A stretch of 63,953 bases of DNA, counting the filler, from Guillardia theta CCMP2712 (Eukaryota; Protista; Cryptophyta): the NCBI RefSeq assembly GCF_000315625.1. It is 5 parts of 5 records of this genome, joined end to end, with 100 filler letters (N's around TTAATTAATTAA, not from the genome) between each part and the next. Parts side by side here need not be neighbours in the genome. Positions count along the whole stretch, not along the records: positions 1 to 30,698 come from NW_005434380.1; 4 more parts are not named here. The stretch is one strand, 5' to 3'. Shown here one piece after another: positions 1 through 10,990 of this stretch (position 1 is its first letter; each line of letters opens with the position of its first letter). The notes under the pieces were generated by a model. It worked only from the letters and a program-made list of their open reading frames with translations, was not told the origin of the DNA and searched no databases. The position numbers and the translations under genes were made by a program.

Positions 1-300
1 AGGAGACGAGATCGAGATCGCGAGGGCATCCAAGTTAGTCGACCAGGCATGGTTGCGCACGAGAGAGGCTGAGCTGAAGAAGGCTGAGGACACAGGAGAC
101 GAGATCGAGATCGCAGAGGCCCTCTTTAGCGTCAGGGTCGCAGAGCTGAAGGAGGCTGAGGACACAGGAGACGAGATCGAGATCGCGAGGGCATCCAAGT
201 TAGTCAACCAGGCATGGCTAAGCTTGTCGTCGCGCAAGAGAGAGGCTTAGCTTGACAAGGCTCGAGGTACAGGAGACGAGATCGAGATCGCGAGGGCACG
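1..300 (+). repeat. Degenerate direct repeats (core caggagacgagatcgagatcgc, 4 copies) encoding AELKxAEDTGDEIEIA; probably the 3' end of a repeat-protein ORF ending at 250
   Basis: Core seen at about 1, 93, 165 and 270; ORF 53-250 carries two AEDTGDEIEIA units. Confidence 0.6.
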
Positions 301-936
301 CGAGTCAGTGGATGAGGCAGAGCTATGCTACTTTGTGCGCAAGACGGGGGCAGAACTGGAGTAGGCTCAAGGCCCTGGAGACAAGATCAAGCTCAGGCCA
401 CCTATACATGAAGCTGACCACGGCTGACTCTCTATATCATGTATCCCCCACTTCACGTTGCATATGTGCAGCACCACCCCGTACACCCTCATCCGCCTCC
501 TCCCCTTCCACACTGTGGCTCTTGTATCTCGTGAATCCTCTTGCGCCTCCTCGCTGAGCTGCCTCTGGTAGAGGACCTCCATCTTCTCCCAGTCCGCCTC
601 CCCTCCTCGCATCCTCGTTTTACCCAGGTTTCCATCGCCTCTGCCTGCGTCTCTGCTGAAGCCCTTCACGCACCCCACGGGGTCTCCGTCCCTCTTTCCT
701 CCCACCAGCCTGCACCACACCCGGTACGACTCCCTCCTTTCACACCNNNNNNNNNNNNNNNNNNNNNNNNNNNNNNNNNNNNNNNNNNNNNNNNNNNNNN
801 NNNNNNNNNNNNNNNNNNNNNNNNNNNNNNNNNNNNNNNNNNNNNNTGTCCCCCTTATGGACCCCCTTATGACCCCCTTATGTCGACTTGCGCTGCTTGT
901 TACAGTGAGGCGACTGCTTTCCAACATTTGCCGTGA

Positions 937-2506
937 TTGTTTTCCTACTCAGACATTATGCGCATCGACAGCATCATAGTGGGAGTGAAAGAACGCAACT
1001 TGGCCAATCCACAGACGTATTCTGCTATTCTTATCNNNNNNNNNNNNNNNNNNNNNNNNNNNNNNNNNNNNNNNNNNNNNNNNNNNNNNNNNNNNNNNNN
1101 NNNNNNNNNNNNNNNNNNNNNNNNNNNNNNNNNNNNNNNNNNNNNNNNNNNNNNNNNNNNNNNNNNNNNNNNNNNNNNNNNNNNNNNNNNNNNNNNNNNN
1201 NNNNNNNNNNNNNNNNNNNNNNNNNNNNNNNNNNNNNNNNNNNNNNNNNNNNNNNNNNNNNNNNNNNNNNNNNNNNNNNNNNNNNNNNNNNNNNNNNNNN
1301 NNNNNNNNNNNNNNNNNNNNNNNNNNTTCTGCCCTTGCGACTGTACATCCTCCCTCTCTTCCTTGGCATCTCCCTTTGAGTTGCTCTTCTCTGCTACTTC
1401 GATAGCTTNNNNNNNNNNNNNNNNNNNNNNNNNNNNNNNNNNNNNNNNNNNNNNNNNNNNNNNNNNNNNNNNNNNNNNNNNNNNNNNNNNNNNNNNNNNN
1501 NNNNNNNNCCTTCCTCCTCCTTCCTCGTCCTCCTCCTCCACCAGCACCTCCTTCTTCTGCCTTCTCCTTCCTCCTCCTCCTCTCTCCTCCTCTTTTTCAT
1601 CCTCCTTCCTTCTTCTACTGCTCCTCCTCCTGCTCCTCCTCTCTCCTCCTCCTGCTCCTCCTTCCTCCTCCACCTCCTTCCTCCTCCTCCACCACTCCAT
1701 GCTAATGTAAGCAGCCGTGGCACTTTCTTCCGGCAGAGACGCTGTCTGTCCCCTATGCCGCGGCAAACTTTCAAAGGGCGACGTGTTCTCGGTAGAGCAA
1801 ACGCGGGAGGCTCGACAGAACCTTGCTCGCAACGCATCCGACGAGGACGAGGACGGGGAGAGGCAGACGGATCGGGTGCAAGCGGAAGAGGAGGAGCGGG
1901 AAGAGGAGGAGCAGAGGCTGAGCCCCAAGATTCAAGCGCTTCTCGTCGATGAGCAGGAGGCTCAGCAGGCAGACAAGACAGTCAAGTCTGTCGTATTTTC
2001 CAGCTTCCTCTCATGTTTGGATGAGATAGAAAGTGCCTTGATCGCTGCTGCCATCCCCGTCTTTCGCATCGATGACACGACCAGCATCGTCCAGCGCCGG
2101 CGGCTGATACAAGACTTTGACTCTTGTCCTCAAGGCGCCCTTCTCCTCCTCAGCTCCGAGGTCACAATCCTTTCCATCTCCTTCCCCCTGCTCCCCTCGC
2201 CTCGCCCTGACCTCCAGCTAGGTGAGAGGCGCGGGGCTCTCGCTCACCATGGCATCGAGAGCTCACATGATGGTACCATGATGGAACGCGGCAGTTGACG
2301 AGCAGGCCATGCATCGGCTCCACCGCATCGGGCAGACGCGCCCAGTGAGCATCATCCGCTACATGTGGCAAGGGACCGTTGAGCAGAAGATCATGGAGAT
2401 GCAGGAGAAGAAAGATTGGCTGGGGAAGGCGCCGATGATGAGGATGGAAGCCGACGAGCTGCTGGAAATGCGCCTGCGGCTGTTCAGGACGCTATTCGTT
2501 AGATAG
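937..2506 (+). pseudogene. RAD5/HLTF-like SNF2 helicase, C-terminal half (end of RING + HELICc); probable pseudogene
   Basis: CPLCRGKL (RING end), SPKIQALL, KSVVFSSF, GAGLSLT and EQAMHRLHRIGQTRPV (motif VI). After a probable intron (~2161-2221) an in-frame TGA at 2279-2281 replaces the first W of the conserved PWWN motif. The upstream segment ending TYSAILI resembles the region before LLRLRQ. Interrupted by N gaps. Confidence 0.8.
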
Positions 2507-2520
2507 AGTCAGGGATGTCG

Positions 2521-2574
2521 TGGGAGACGACTACTCGGTGGGAGACGACTGCTCGGTGGGAGACGACTACTCGG
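2521..2574 (+). repeat. 18-bp tandem repeat x3 (tgggagacgactactcgg)
   Basis: Read directly from the sequence; one substitution in copy 2. Confidence 0.9.
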
Positions 2575-3649
2575 ATCTGATGTGAAATTCTTTACTCAAA
2601 GTGAAATTCATTCNNNNNNNNNNNNNNNNNNNNNNNNNNNNNNNNNNNNNNNNNNNNNNNNNNNNNNNNNNNNNNNNNNNNNNNNNNNNNNNNNNNNNNN
2701 NNNNNNNNNNNNNCTTAACTTCCACCAGCCTCGGAGATCCCTCGGCGTCGCCCACTTGTCCTCTCTCAAACTTGATGCTGCTGATAGGCACAAGGGGGGG
2801 GAGACTCGGAACTTACCGTACCGACTGATCGACCGTTATAAACCGTTGCCCGTGTCGCCACCGTACCATCTACCGTACAGAGTCAGCGACAACTTGTATT
2901 CCGGCATTGAAGCAGGGCCACAGTAAAATCGAGTACCTTGCGAGCCTCGGAGCAGGTTCTTGCTGCCAACTTGGTACTGCTCGGTCACCTGCTGGGGAGG
3001 CATGTGCGACAGCGGGTGCTGAGGCTGGCAAGTCATGAGGATGCTGGCTTCGCTTCTCCTCTCTTGGCTCTCGGCTCTCCCTCCCTTCTCTTCCCTCCTC
3101 CTCCTCCTTGTCTCCCCCCCCGAAGCCTCACGGGCTGCTGACGCTGACAGCGAGCGCTCACGGCTCCTCCGCTGCGTCGCTCAGAGGTCAAGTGCAGTGA
3201 TGTCTGCTGTACTGGCGATGCCAGACCAGCCAGCTAGACTCCAGCAGCAGACAGCAGCCCCTTGTACCTCAAGAGGCTCATCCTCGTACAGCCTGAGGGA
3301 AGGACTAGCGCTACTGCTCCTTGCTGCTCGAGCTCACTCGCCTCCTGCCAGCTCTCGCTCCTCGCAAGCTTCTGCTCCTCGTCCTACCAGCAGTGAGGGA
3401 AGCCACCCGTACTTGCGAGTCTCTCTCAGGCACCAGGGGTCATCCTCCCGAGCACATCTAGTCCTTGTATGCATCAAGCGCTTTGAGAGTCGTTTGACTG
3501 ACTTTGTTGACGATCAAGGCTGAGCCTAGCCTTGAGTGCTGTCCCCTAGCTGGGGTAGGTCCAGTCTGAGGTGAGCTCGCTTTTACTAGGGCTCTGATAG
3601 GTATGAGAGAGCGATTTCTATGGCTGCAGCTTGTTGGCTCAGTCTGAGA

Positions 3650-6600
3650 CTAGTCGATACCTAAACCTTTAAGATAATCCTTGACATCTGAGTTACGAGC
3701 CAAAGTGAAGCCAGTCATGCCGCGATTGTCCTTCTCCCTCAGCAGCCCCTCCCCGCATGTCTCTACAACATACCGCAGCACCTCCAAGTCCCCTCCAGCA
3801 CTCGCCATGTGCGCGCATGTCATGCCGTCATTGTCCTTCTCCCTCAGCACCTCCTCCCCGCATGTCTCTACAACATACCGCACTACCTCCAAGTGCCCTC
3901 CTGCACACGCATANNNNNNNNNNNNNNNNNNNNNNNNNNNNNNNNNNNNNNNNNNNNNNNNNNNNNNNNNNNNNNNNNNNNNNNNNNNNNNNNNNNNNNN
4001 NNNNNNNNNNNNNNNNNNNNNNNNNNNNNNNNNNNNNNNNNNNNNCTTCTCCCTCAGCACCTCCTTCCCGCATGTCTCTACAGCATACCGCACTACCTCC
4101 ATGTGCCCTCCAAAAGCTCGCCCAGTGCGCGCATGTCCTGCCGTCATTGGCCTTCTCCCTCAGCACCTCCTCCCCGCATGTCTCTACAGCATACCGCACT
4201 ACCTCCAAGTGCCCTCCTGCACTTGCCAAGTGCGCGCATGTCCCGCCGGCATTGTCCTTCTCCCTCAGCACCTCCTCCCCGCAGGTCTCCCCAGCATACC
4301 GCACTACCTCCAAGTGCCCTCCCTCACTCGCATAGTGCGCACATGTCCTTCTTTCATTGTCCTTCTCCCTCAGCAGCTCCTCCCCGCATGTCACCCCAAC
4401 ATACCGCACTACCTCCAAGTGCCCTCCTGCACTCGCCCTGTGCGCGCATGTCGAGCCGTCATTGGTCTTCTCCCTCAGCACCTCCTCCCCGCATGTCTCT
4501 GCAACATACCGCACTACCTCCAAGTGCCCTTCCGCACTCGCATAGTGCGCGCATGTCTTGCCGTCAATGTCTTTCTCCATCATCAAGGTCCTCAGAGTCT
4601 CTTTCCCGCATTGTTCCTCTACCGTCTTCAGCACCTCCACATGCCCATACTCCCCTGCCCAGTGCACCATCGTCTTCCCTGCCTTGTCCCTCGCTCCTAC
4701 CTCTGCTCCTGCCTCTATCAGCTCCCTCACGCTCCCCGCCCTCCCCAGCATCCCCGCTACATGCAGCCCTGTCCTCCCGTCCTCCGTCCGCTCGTCCATG
4801 TCGCATTCGGCCGCCTTCAGCAGCCCGATCAGCTCCCCCTGTCCTCGGACCACCGCCGTCACTGTCGGCGGCTCCCCGTGCTGGCCCGACCTTGACATCG
4901 ACAAGCCGTACATCCCGCACAGCCTCTTGCTCTGCTCTCGTCTGCCGTCATCGCCTGCTGGAGTCCGCGAGCTGATCTCGTACATCAGACCCGCCATCGT
5001 CCTCCAGTACACTGACTGCATCGACTCGCCTGAAAGGGCTTGACAAATCCAGTCTCCCTGAGTGTCTTCGATCCAGTGCCTGAGCTTGTTGATCGCCATG
5101 TCCTTGACTCGGTTCGACAGCTCGATCGCCTCCTTGTAGTTTGACTCGTCGTTGTACCAGCCCGACTCCCTCGCCCTGCTCACCTCCACCAGCCCCCAGC
5201 TCTCCTCCACGATCGATTGTACAAGATACTGATGGATCTTCAAGTACGAGTCTTTCGGTGCTGTCCTGAGCCGCTCCTGGATCCTCCCCTCCCACCCCCT
5301 CACGTCTCGCTCTACCTCCCTCGCCAGGTTCTCCATCAGCCCTACGTACAGCTGCTTCCTCTTCCCCACAAAGTCCTCGATCGTCAAGCTCATCGTGTTC
5401 GCGTTGATCTTCAGCTCCAGCACCTTCACCCGCCTCCCCTCTACCTCCCTGTACCGCGGCGTCTTCACCACCTCCAGGTACGACAGCGGCGGATACAGCA
5501 TCTCCCCCTCCCCCGGATACTGAGACACAAACGTCAAGCTCGCCCCCCGGTCGATCGCCCCGCAGCTGATCTCGAACACCATCGACTCTCCCTCCTCCCC
5601 GGCGTACTGCATCGCCGTCCTGACGTCTGTCGTCGTGCTCAGCAGCCCGTACTCGACTCCTCCGGACACCCCGAGCTTGTCCTCGTTGAGGAAGCTCTCC
5701 GGCAGCCTCATCCCCTTCAGCCCCCTCCACACCCGCAGCCCCTCTGGCAGAGGCGTGTGACGAGACAGCTTGACGACGCCGCTGACGATGCAGTGGATGG
5801 TCGTCGTGTACTTGTTGGGGACCTTGTTGGAGTCTCGGAGGAGCTCGTTGGGAGCTCGAAGAACAGAGTTGTACTTGAAGTACATCGGCCCTGTCATAGC
5901 AAGCCTCTTGTCAGCCTTCTCACGCTCTCTTGCTCCTCTCTCCTCCCCCATGCTCCTTCTCCCTCTCTCGCTATCTCTCTCTCGTACCTGTGTAGAGCTG
6001 CAGCGCGATCAGCTCCGCCTCCTGTAGCCCCGCCTTCATCGCCGTGTCCAGCCCCTTCAGCTCCTCCATCCCTCGGATCACCCGCGTCCCGTCCGACAGC
6101 CTCCGCCTCCTCTCCGGGTCTGTGACGTTGAGCCACTCCTCCTTGGCTGTCGTCGTGATGTTGTAGTTGCTCGTCGTGAACGCTTCCTCCGCGTCCTTGC
6201 CCTTGCAGTGCTCCTCCTCTATCGCCTTCATCAGCTCGGTCTGAGGTAGCCCGATCCGCTCCATCAGCCCCCCGTAGTACTCCTCGATCTTCCCGTACAC
6301 GGCCTCGCGTACCTCCCCGCTGCCTGTACCGTCCGACTCATTCACCGCAAACTTGCTGTTGTGCGACGTCGCACCGTCTCCTCCCGCCCGCCCTCCTGCC
6401 TCCGCCGGCCTCCTCAGCGCCTCCTCGAGCCTCCTTGCTATCGCCGTCTGCCATAGAGCCGATAGAGCGCTCTCCGTCATCCCCTGTAGCCCCGCAAGAG
6501 GACTCGCCGCGCTCCCGCCGGGGATGCACTCCGCCATGACTCGGAGGATGTTGAGGTCGCCGAGGCTGCTGGTCTTGCGCTCGAGCTCCCACTCTCTTGC

Positions 6601-7071
6601 GACTCTGACCTCGTAGTCGTCGTACGAGAGCTTGTCAGGGCCTGCGTGCGGCATGAGGGCCGACGCGTCGACGCCGAGAGCCATGCGGAGGTTGTTGAGA
6701 ATCGGTTTGTATTCCTCGGAGTCTCGAGGGGTCTGAAAGAGCTTCTTGAGGTCAGAGATGCTGTCGTCGGGTATGGTCCAGCTGGTCGTCTGCTGGACAC
6801 TAGCTGGTGGATCAGCCGTGGGATGGCTGATTTGAGATTTGATCTCGATGTCTGTCTTGTTTGACGGCTGAGTCGTAGGGCTGGAGATGCTTGACGGGAT
6901 GGTCTCTACGTCTCCTTGAGGGGCTGGGGGATCTTTGACAGTCTGCTTTCTCAGCTCAGCCTCGAGCTCTGAGATCCTTCTTGTCGCTTCTTCCAACCTC
7001 TGCTGGAGTAGCGAGTCATCACGACCGTCCTCGGGCTTCACTTTGGACGAGAAGCAGGGGAAGCAACTCAT
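3650..7071 (-). CDS. ADP-ribosyltransferase (R-S-ExE, ARTC/cholera-toxin-like) + ankyrin-repeat protein, paralog 1
   Basis: Exon 1 7071-5988; GT-AG intron 5987-5891 restores LYTGPMYFKYNSVLR. Catalytic motifs VWRG (~5725), LSTTT (~5635) and YPGEGE (~5505). Then 2 divergent and 8 canonical 35-aa ankyrin repeats plus a C-cap. A +1 frameshift at ~4112 near an N gap may be a read error. Confidence 0.9.
3690..4580 (-). repeat. 105-bp coding tandem repeat (ankyrin units), 8 units + cap
   Basis: Unit EKDxxGxTCAHxASxxGHLEVVRYxxETCGEEVLR; the 105-bp phase is preserved across the 3914-4045 gap. Confidence 0.92.
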
Positions 7072-8133
7072 GTCCCTTTCTCAGCCCAGGGAGAAACCTG
7101 CGTCAGGAGCTTGCATCAGCCGGCTTCAGATATCCTCTGTCCTCCACCTCCCTCTCCCTCCCTCTTTTTATGTCTCTCTATCTTGGATCTTCCTCTGTTC
7201 GTGGTTCGGTTTACAGCACAACGATCTGATTACAGAGCAGCACAGCCTTGTGTTGTACACCTGAGGGTTTCTGTCTATACACTCTGATCCTACTGCCTGC
7301 AACTGCAACACCAAGAGCGCATCAGTCGCCTGCTCTTTCAGAGCTTATCAAGTATTCACCTCAACAAATGCCGTCTATTCTTGATGATAAGACCTATCAC
7401 TCATTCTGACTTCCCCTCTCTTGCTCACTTATCCATGCATGTCTTATTATATCCCGAGTTTCTGCCCTGCTTCCGACTCTGCCTCCTTCTCCCACGCCGT
7501 CTCCTTTCTCCCTTCCAGTGACTGACCGTAGAGAGAGATGAAAAAAGACAGCGAGGGAAGAGAAGGCAAGGAGAAAGAAAGAAATAAAGAGATCAAGAGA
7601 GAAAGCTTCTCCATCCTTGCTTGACACAGCAGGAGAGGAAGTACGAATGCCGAAAAAACAATAATCAAGCACAGAGAAGGTTTCCTCGCTCCTCTTGGTA
7701 TTCTTCATATTGCATCCCTTCCATCAGCCGTTTCTTTTCCCTCCTCTCATCTCCTCTCTTCTGTCTGTTGTCACGTCTCCTTCTCTCTGCAGCAGGTACA
7801 AGACATCTCACACACTCTTGCGACAAGACAAGCTTGTCGTCACCCTCCCTCAAGCTCCTTCCATCCTCTCTCCCTCTCTCCTCCCGCTCTCCCCCTTGAT
7901 CGTCCTGCCATATTTCCTGCCCAACCACCCCTCTACATGGAGCCCTACCCTAGTCGTATACTACCCTCTTCAATCCCATGGTTTCCGCCTATCAGGTACG
8001 GGTGAGCAACACCAGCCTACCCTACCTGTTGATGCATTTTGCACTGTCCTACCCCACCCCCAGAAGCCCCAGGTTTCCGCTAGTCATCGTAAGGGGTGGA
8101 CGCTAAATCGGAGTAACGGATCCGAGGCGGACT

Positions 8134-10345
8134 CAAGCAAAGCGCGCAAGCTCGGCCTTTCGACTGCTCTCGAGGGGTTCACCAAGGTGATCCAGCAGGT
8201 CTCAGTCTTTTCTGTCACGCTCTACATCCTTTTCTCATGCGTGTTGCGGATAAACACACGAGCTGTACCTTCCCAGTCTATGCCGATAACATCACGGTGG
8301 TTGGGCGACTTTCGGATGCCCACGCGGCGGTCAAGGACCTTATTGACACCCTGCGGGATGACTTGGGCCTAGACATTCAGCCTCGAGACTCCAAGGATTT
8401 TTCCCCTTCATGGGTGGACTTACCGCCCGAGCAGCATTCAGCAATCGTTGCCTTCATCAAGCGCGAATTCGCGGACTTGCGGAGCTTCTCGGTCGAGATG
8501 GCGGGAGTGGTAGTCGGCGGCATACCTTTGGGCTCTAGAGACTTCATCAGAAACTGGCTTCAGGAAAAGCTTGCTGCTCTTGACGATGACCTCCACAAGC
8601 TGGGCTCACTGAGTACCTTACACCCCTTTGCCTGCAAACACCTTATTCGAGCTACTCATCTCCCCACCTTGCAGTTTTTCTTACGGGGCATCGATCCTGA
8701 GCTCGTGACTGATGCATGCACTGTTTTTGATCAGAGTGTTCTTGTGGAGCTGGGCAAGGCTTTTGACTGGCCATTGCCTGACAGAGGCCCGGACGTTGAC
8801 TTCGGCTTGGCCAACTCTTCATTCTTGTCTCCCCTGGAGTTTGCCTTCTTCAAGCGTCAGCTTCCGTATCAGGAGGGGGGAGATGGGTTCACACCTCAAG
8901 CGGGGGTTAGTTTATCAGCCTATTACAGCGCCACGGCCAGCTTCTTACAATGGAGTGCTACCCTACCCTGTGTGCAGACCTGGACATTCTCGACCCCTCC
9001 CCTGTTCTCTCGCCTCGATGGTACCCTCCGTCAATTGGACGAGCCGGATCTGGCCCTCCCTCCCCTACTCGCCTCCTTCCTGCGGGTGCATCAGGCCCTG
9101 GTTGACCGTGGAGTGCCGCAATACCTGGACCCCAGTGACCTGGAGGACGCACGTTTGCACAATTCGATCCCATCTCCAGCGCTTTTTCAACTCGCGGGCG
9201 GACCTCCTTTTCTCCCCCCCCAGCGCTCAGTCACTGGACGGTTGATGCAGACTTTTCCCCCTCATCTTGAGCGGTGGGCGCAATTGTCTCAGGTGCAGGC
9301 AGCTCTCCTCCGGGCTCATGGCAGCTATACTGTGGAGCTCTATCCCCCAGAGTCAGCGAGTCAGCCTTCTAGCCCATTCCCCCTGGAGCCCCTCCTTCGC
9401 AAGACTCAGAACCCTCAGCGGCGTTTGCAATACTCTCTGATGGAGGCAACGAACCTTCACCCTTCCCACCAGTGTCCCATCCACCTCGCACGAGGGGTCG
9501 ATCGCTTCCTGCATGGGCTACCTCCGGCCGAGCTGCCTCCCACCTGTGATCGTTGTGCTACAGCTCTAGACCCCTCGGCGGGAAGCAGTGTCTCTCATTT
9601 GGCCAATTGTCGTCATCGCGCAGGTCTCTGGACCACCGCACACGAGCAGTGTACTGTGGTTCTGCGCGACATCTGTGTGGAAGCGGGCATGGTCACCAAG
9701 CTTCATCAGCAGGGTCTGCGACAAACCCGGACCCTCGTCCCTCAGCACGGCCCCTCCAACAGACACATGGGCGACCTCTGGCTCCCTGGCCTTTCCACCC
9801 ACACCTGGAATGGGCTGGTTCTGGACTTCACGATGACACATCCCTACAACAGCAGCGGCAGCCCCGTCGGACTTTCTGCGCTCTCCGGCCCCGATCATCG
9901 CGCAAGTTATGGCACCCATCACCCGCCGAAGGCCTTTCTTCCCTTCACTGCAGGTACGGATGGTCTTCTTCATGCTGACGCTTTGCGGTTTCTCTGGTAC
10001 CTGGCGGATCACCATGGAGCAACGTTGACAGCGGAGTGGGATGGCTGCGCTCAGGAGGCGGTGTATGGGGACCCTGGCTTTCATCGTTTGCGTGCTCGCC
10101 TGTTTCGGCAGTATCGCTCTCGCATGGGTCTTGCCGTCCTCCTCGCAGGAGCCTTGCGCTACTGCTCTTTGTCCTGATCCTTGTTCCCCTGCTTGTCGTG
10201 CATGCCGTCGCTTGCGTGGTTGGAGTAGCGGTTTTGCTGCCTCCTCCGTTTCCTGGTTTTTCTCTTGAGGCGGATTTGTAGGTTTTCTCCTTTTCCTCCT
10301 TGTTTGCTCCGGTTTGCATTTCCATTTTCAGTCAATAAAAAGTTG
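8134..10345 (+). mobile_element. 5'-truncated non-LTR retrotransposon with C-terminal restriction-like endonuclease (R2/CRE/NeSL-type)
   Basis: Present in duplication unit A and absent from unit B (homology breaks at 8133/20240 and resumes near tgcgatctc at 10356/20288). Pyrimidine-rich 3' UTR ends in aataaaaa at ~10334. Confidence 0.8.
8237..10177 (+). CDS. Partial retrotransposon ORF: RT C-terminus/thumb, CCHC zinc knuckle, RLE endonuclease
   Basis: VYADNITV (YADD-like), GGIPLG, QLPYQEGGDG, C-x2-C...H-x3-C (CDRC...HLANC), AHEQ, HMGDLW (RPD-like), LVLDFTMTHP, FLPFTAGTDG. The usual KxxKY motif is not recognisable. Confidence 0.8.
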   Translation: MRVADKHTSCTFPVYADNITVVGRLSDAHAAVKDLIDTLRDDLGLDIQPRDSKDFSPSWVDLPPEQHSAIVAFIKREFADLRSFSVEMAGVVVGGIPLGSRDFIRNWLQEKLAALDDDLHKLGSLSTLHPFACKHLIRATHLPTLQFFLRGIDPELVTDACTVFDQSVLVELGKAFDWPLPDRGPDVDFGLANSSFLSPLEFAFFKRQLPYQEGGDGFTPQAGVSLSAYYSATASFLQWSATLPCVQTWTFSTPPLFSRLDGTLRQLDEPDLALPPLLASFLRVHQALVDRGVPQYLDPSDLEDARLHNSIPSPALFQLAGGPPFLPPQRSVTGRLMQTFPPHLERWAQLSQVQAALLRAHGSYTVELYPPESASQPSSPFPLEPLLRKTQNPQRRLQYSLMEATNLHPSHQCPIHLARGVDRFLHGLPPAELPPTCDRCATALDPSAGSSVSHLANCRHRAGLWTTAHEQCTVVLRDICVEAGMVTKLHQQGLRQTRTLVPQHGPSNRHMGDLWLPGLSTHTWNGLVLDFTMTHPYNSSGSPVGLSALSGPDHRASYGTHHPPKAFLPFTAGTDGLLHADALRFLWYLADHHGATLTAEWDGCAQEAVYGDPGFHRLRARLFRQYRSRMGLAVLLAGALRYCSLS

Positions 10346-10355
10346 TGTTGGGTAT

Positions 10356-10852
10356 TGCGATCTCCGAGGCTCAGACGGTGACCGCCTCGCCGTCGGAGGC
10401 TGAAGATCGGACCGTATGACAACGTGACGGTACAGTGACTGCGTACTTTACTCTGCGGCTGACCGGGCCCTGAGCCCAGGATGCCGTGGAAGTCCGCAGC
10501 TGACGGGTGAGGGGCAGGAGCCATATCTCCCCGCCGTCTCACTGAGAGGCTGTTGCTGCTGTATGAGCTCGGACAGCCTCGGCTGACTACCGGTACTCCT
10601 GAGCTCGATCCACCCTTGAATGCAGGGTCCAGCTGGCGAGGGCCTCGGAGCAGACCTGGCAGAGGCTCGGAGGGGTCAAGACCAGGGGTTGTCAGCTGGA
10701 GGCTTCACCGAGGCTGCTCGTGTCACGGTCATGCGTCTAAGAGCGCTCGGGTGATCCCCTAGCAACTCCTCCGCCTCATCGCCCCCCCGTGAGCAAGACC
10801 TCTGGGTGTCTCTCAGCTCCTCCAGCACAACCCGACATGCAAGACAAGAGGC
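10356..10852. repeat. Mosaic shared module X; pieces recur at 20288-20665, 21822-21846 and 26141-26234
   Basis: ccgcctcatcgcccc...gcaagacaagaggc at 10771-10852 and 20585-20665; cggaggctgaagatcgg...ccctgagcccaggatg at 10394-10483 and 26159-26234. Confidence 0.85.
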
Positions 10853-10955
10853 AGCTGCTGACGTGACGCCTGCGGAAGGAGGCGACCTAGCCATGGCGGA
10901 CATCCGCACACTCGCCATCAAGGTGAAGAAACCCGGCAGCATGAGGAGGAGCAGG

Positions 10956-10990
<35 letters not shown>

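Larger units (their letters stand above)
2977..8133. repeat. Segmental duplication unit A; near-identical to 14638-20240 outside the ankyrin array; 3' part also shared with 28639-30697
   Basis: Shared from ctgctcggtcacctgctgggg (2977/14638) to ccgaggcggact (8133/20240), including flanking non-coding DNA. Confidence 0.95.

Noticed and set aside
2279-2281. TGA read as Trp (alternative genetic code)
   Set aside because: Other genes in the window use TGG for Trp and TGA as a stop; a TGG-to-TGA nonsense mutation in a pseudogene is simpler.
3681-4975. Long + strand ORFs opposite the ankyrin arrays (also 15340-16230 and 28786-29826)
   Set aside because: Antisense shadows of a GC-rich 105-bp coding repeat; no independent domain signal.
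8237-10177. Diversity-generating retroelement (RT beside hypervariable repeats)
   Set aside because: The RT has LINE-type thumb, zinc-knuckle and RLE features and is 5'-truncated. No template repeat is visible, the variable codons (TAT, AGG, TTG, TGG, ATG) do not fit simple adenine-only mutagenesis of AAY codons, and the element is absent beside paralog 2.
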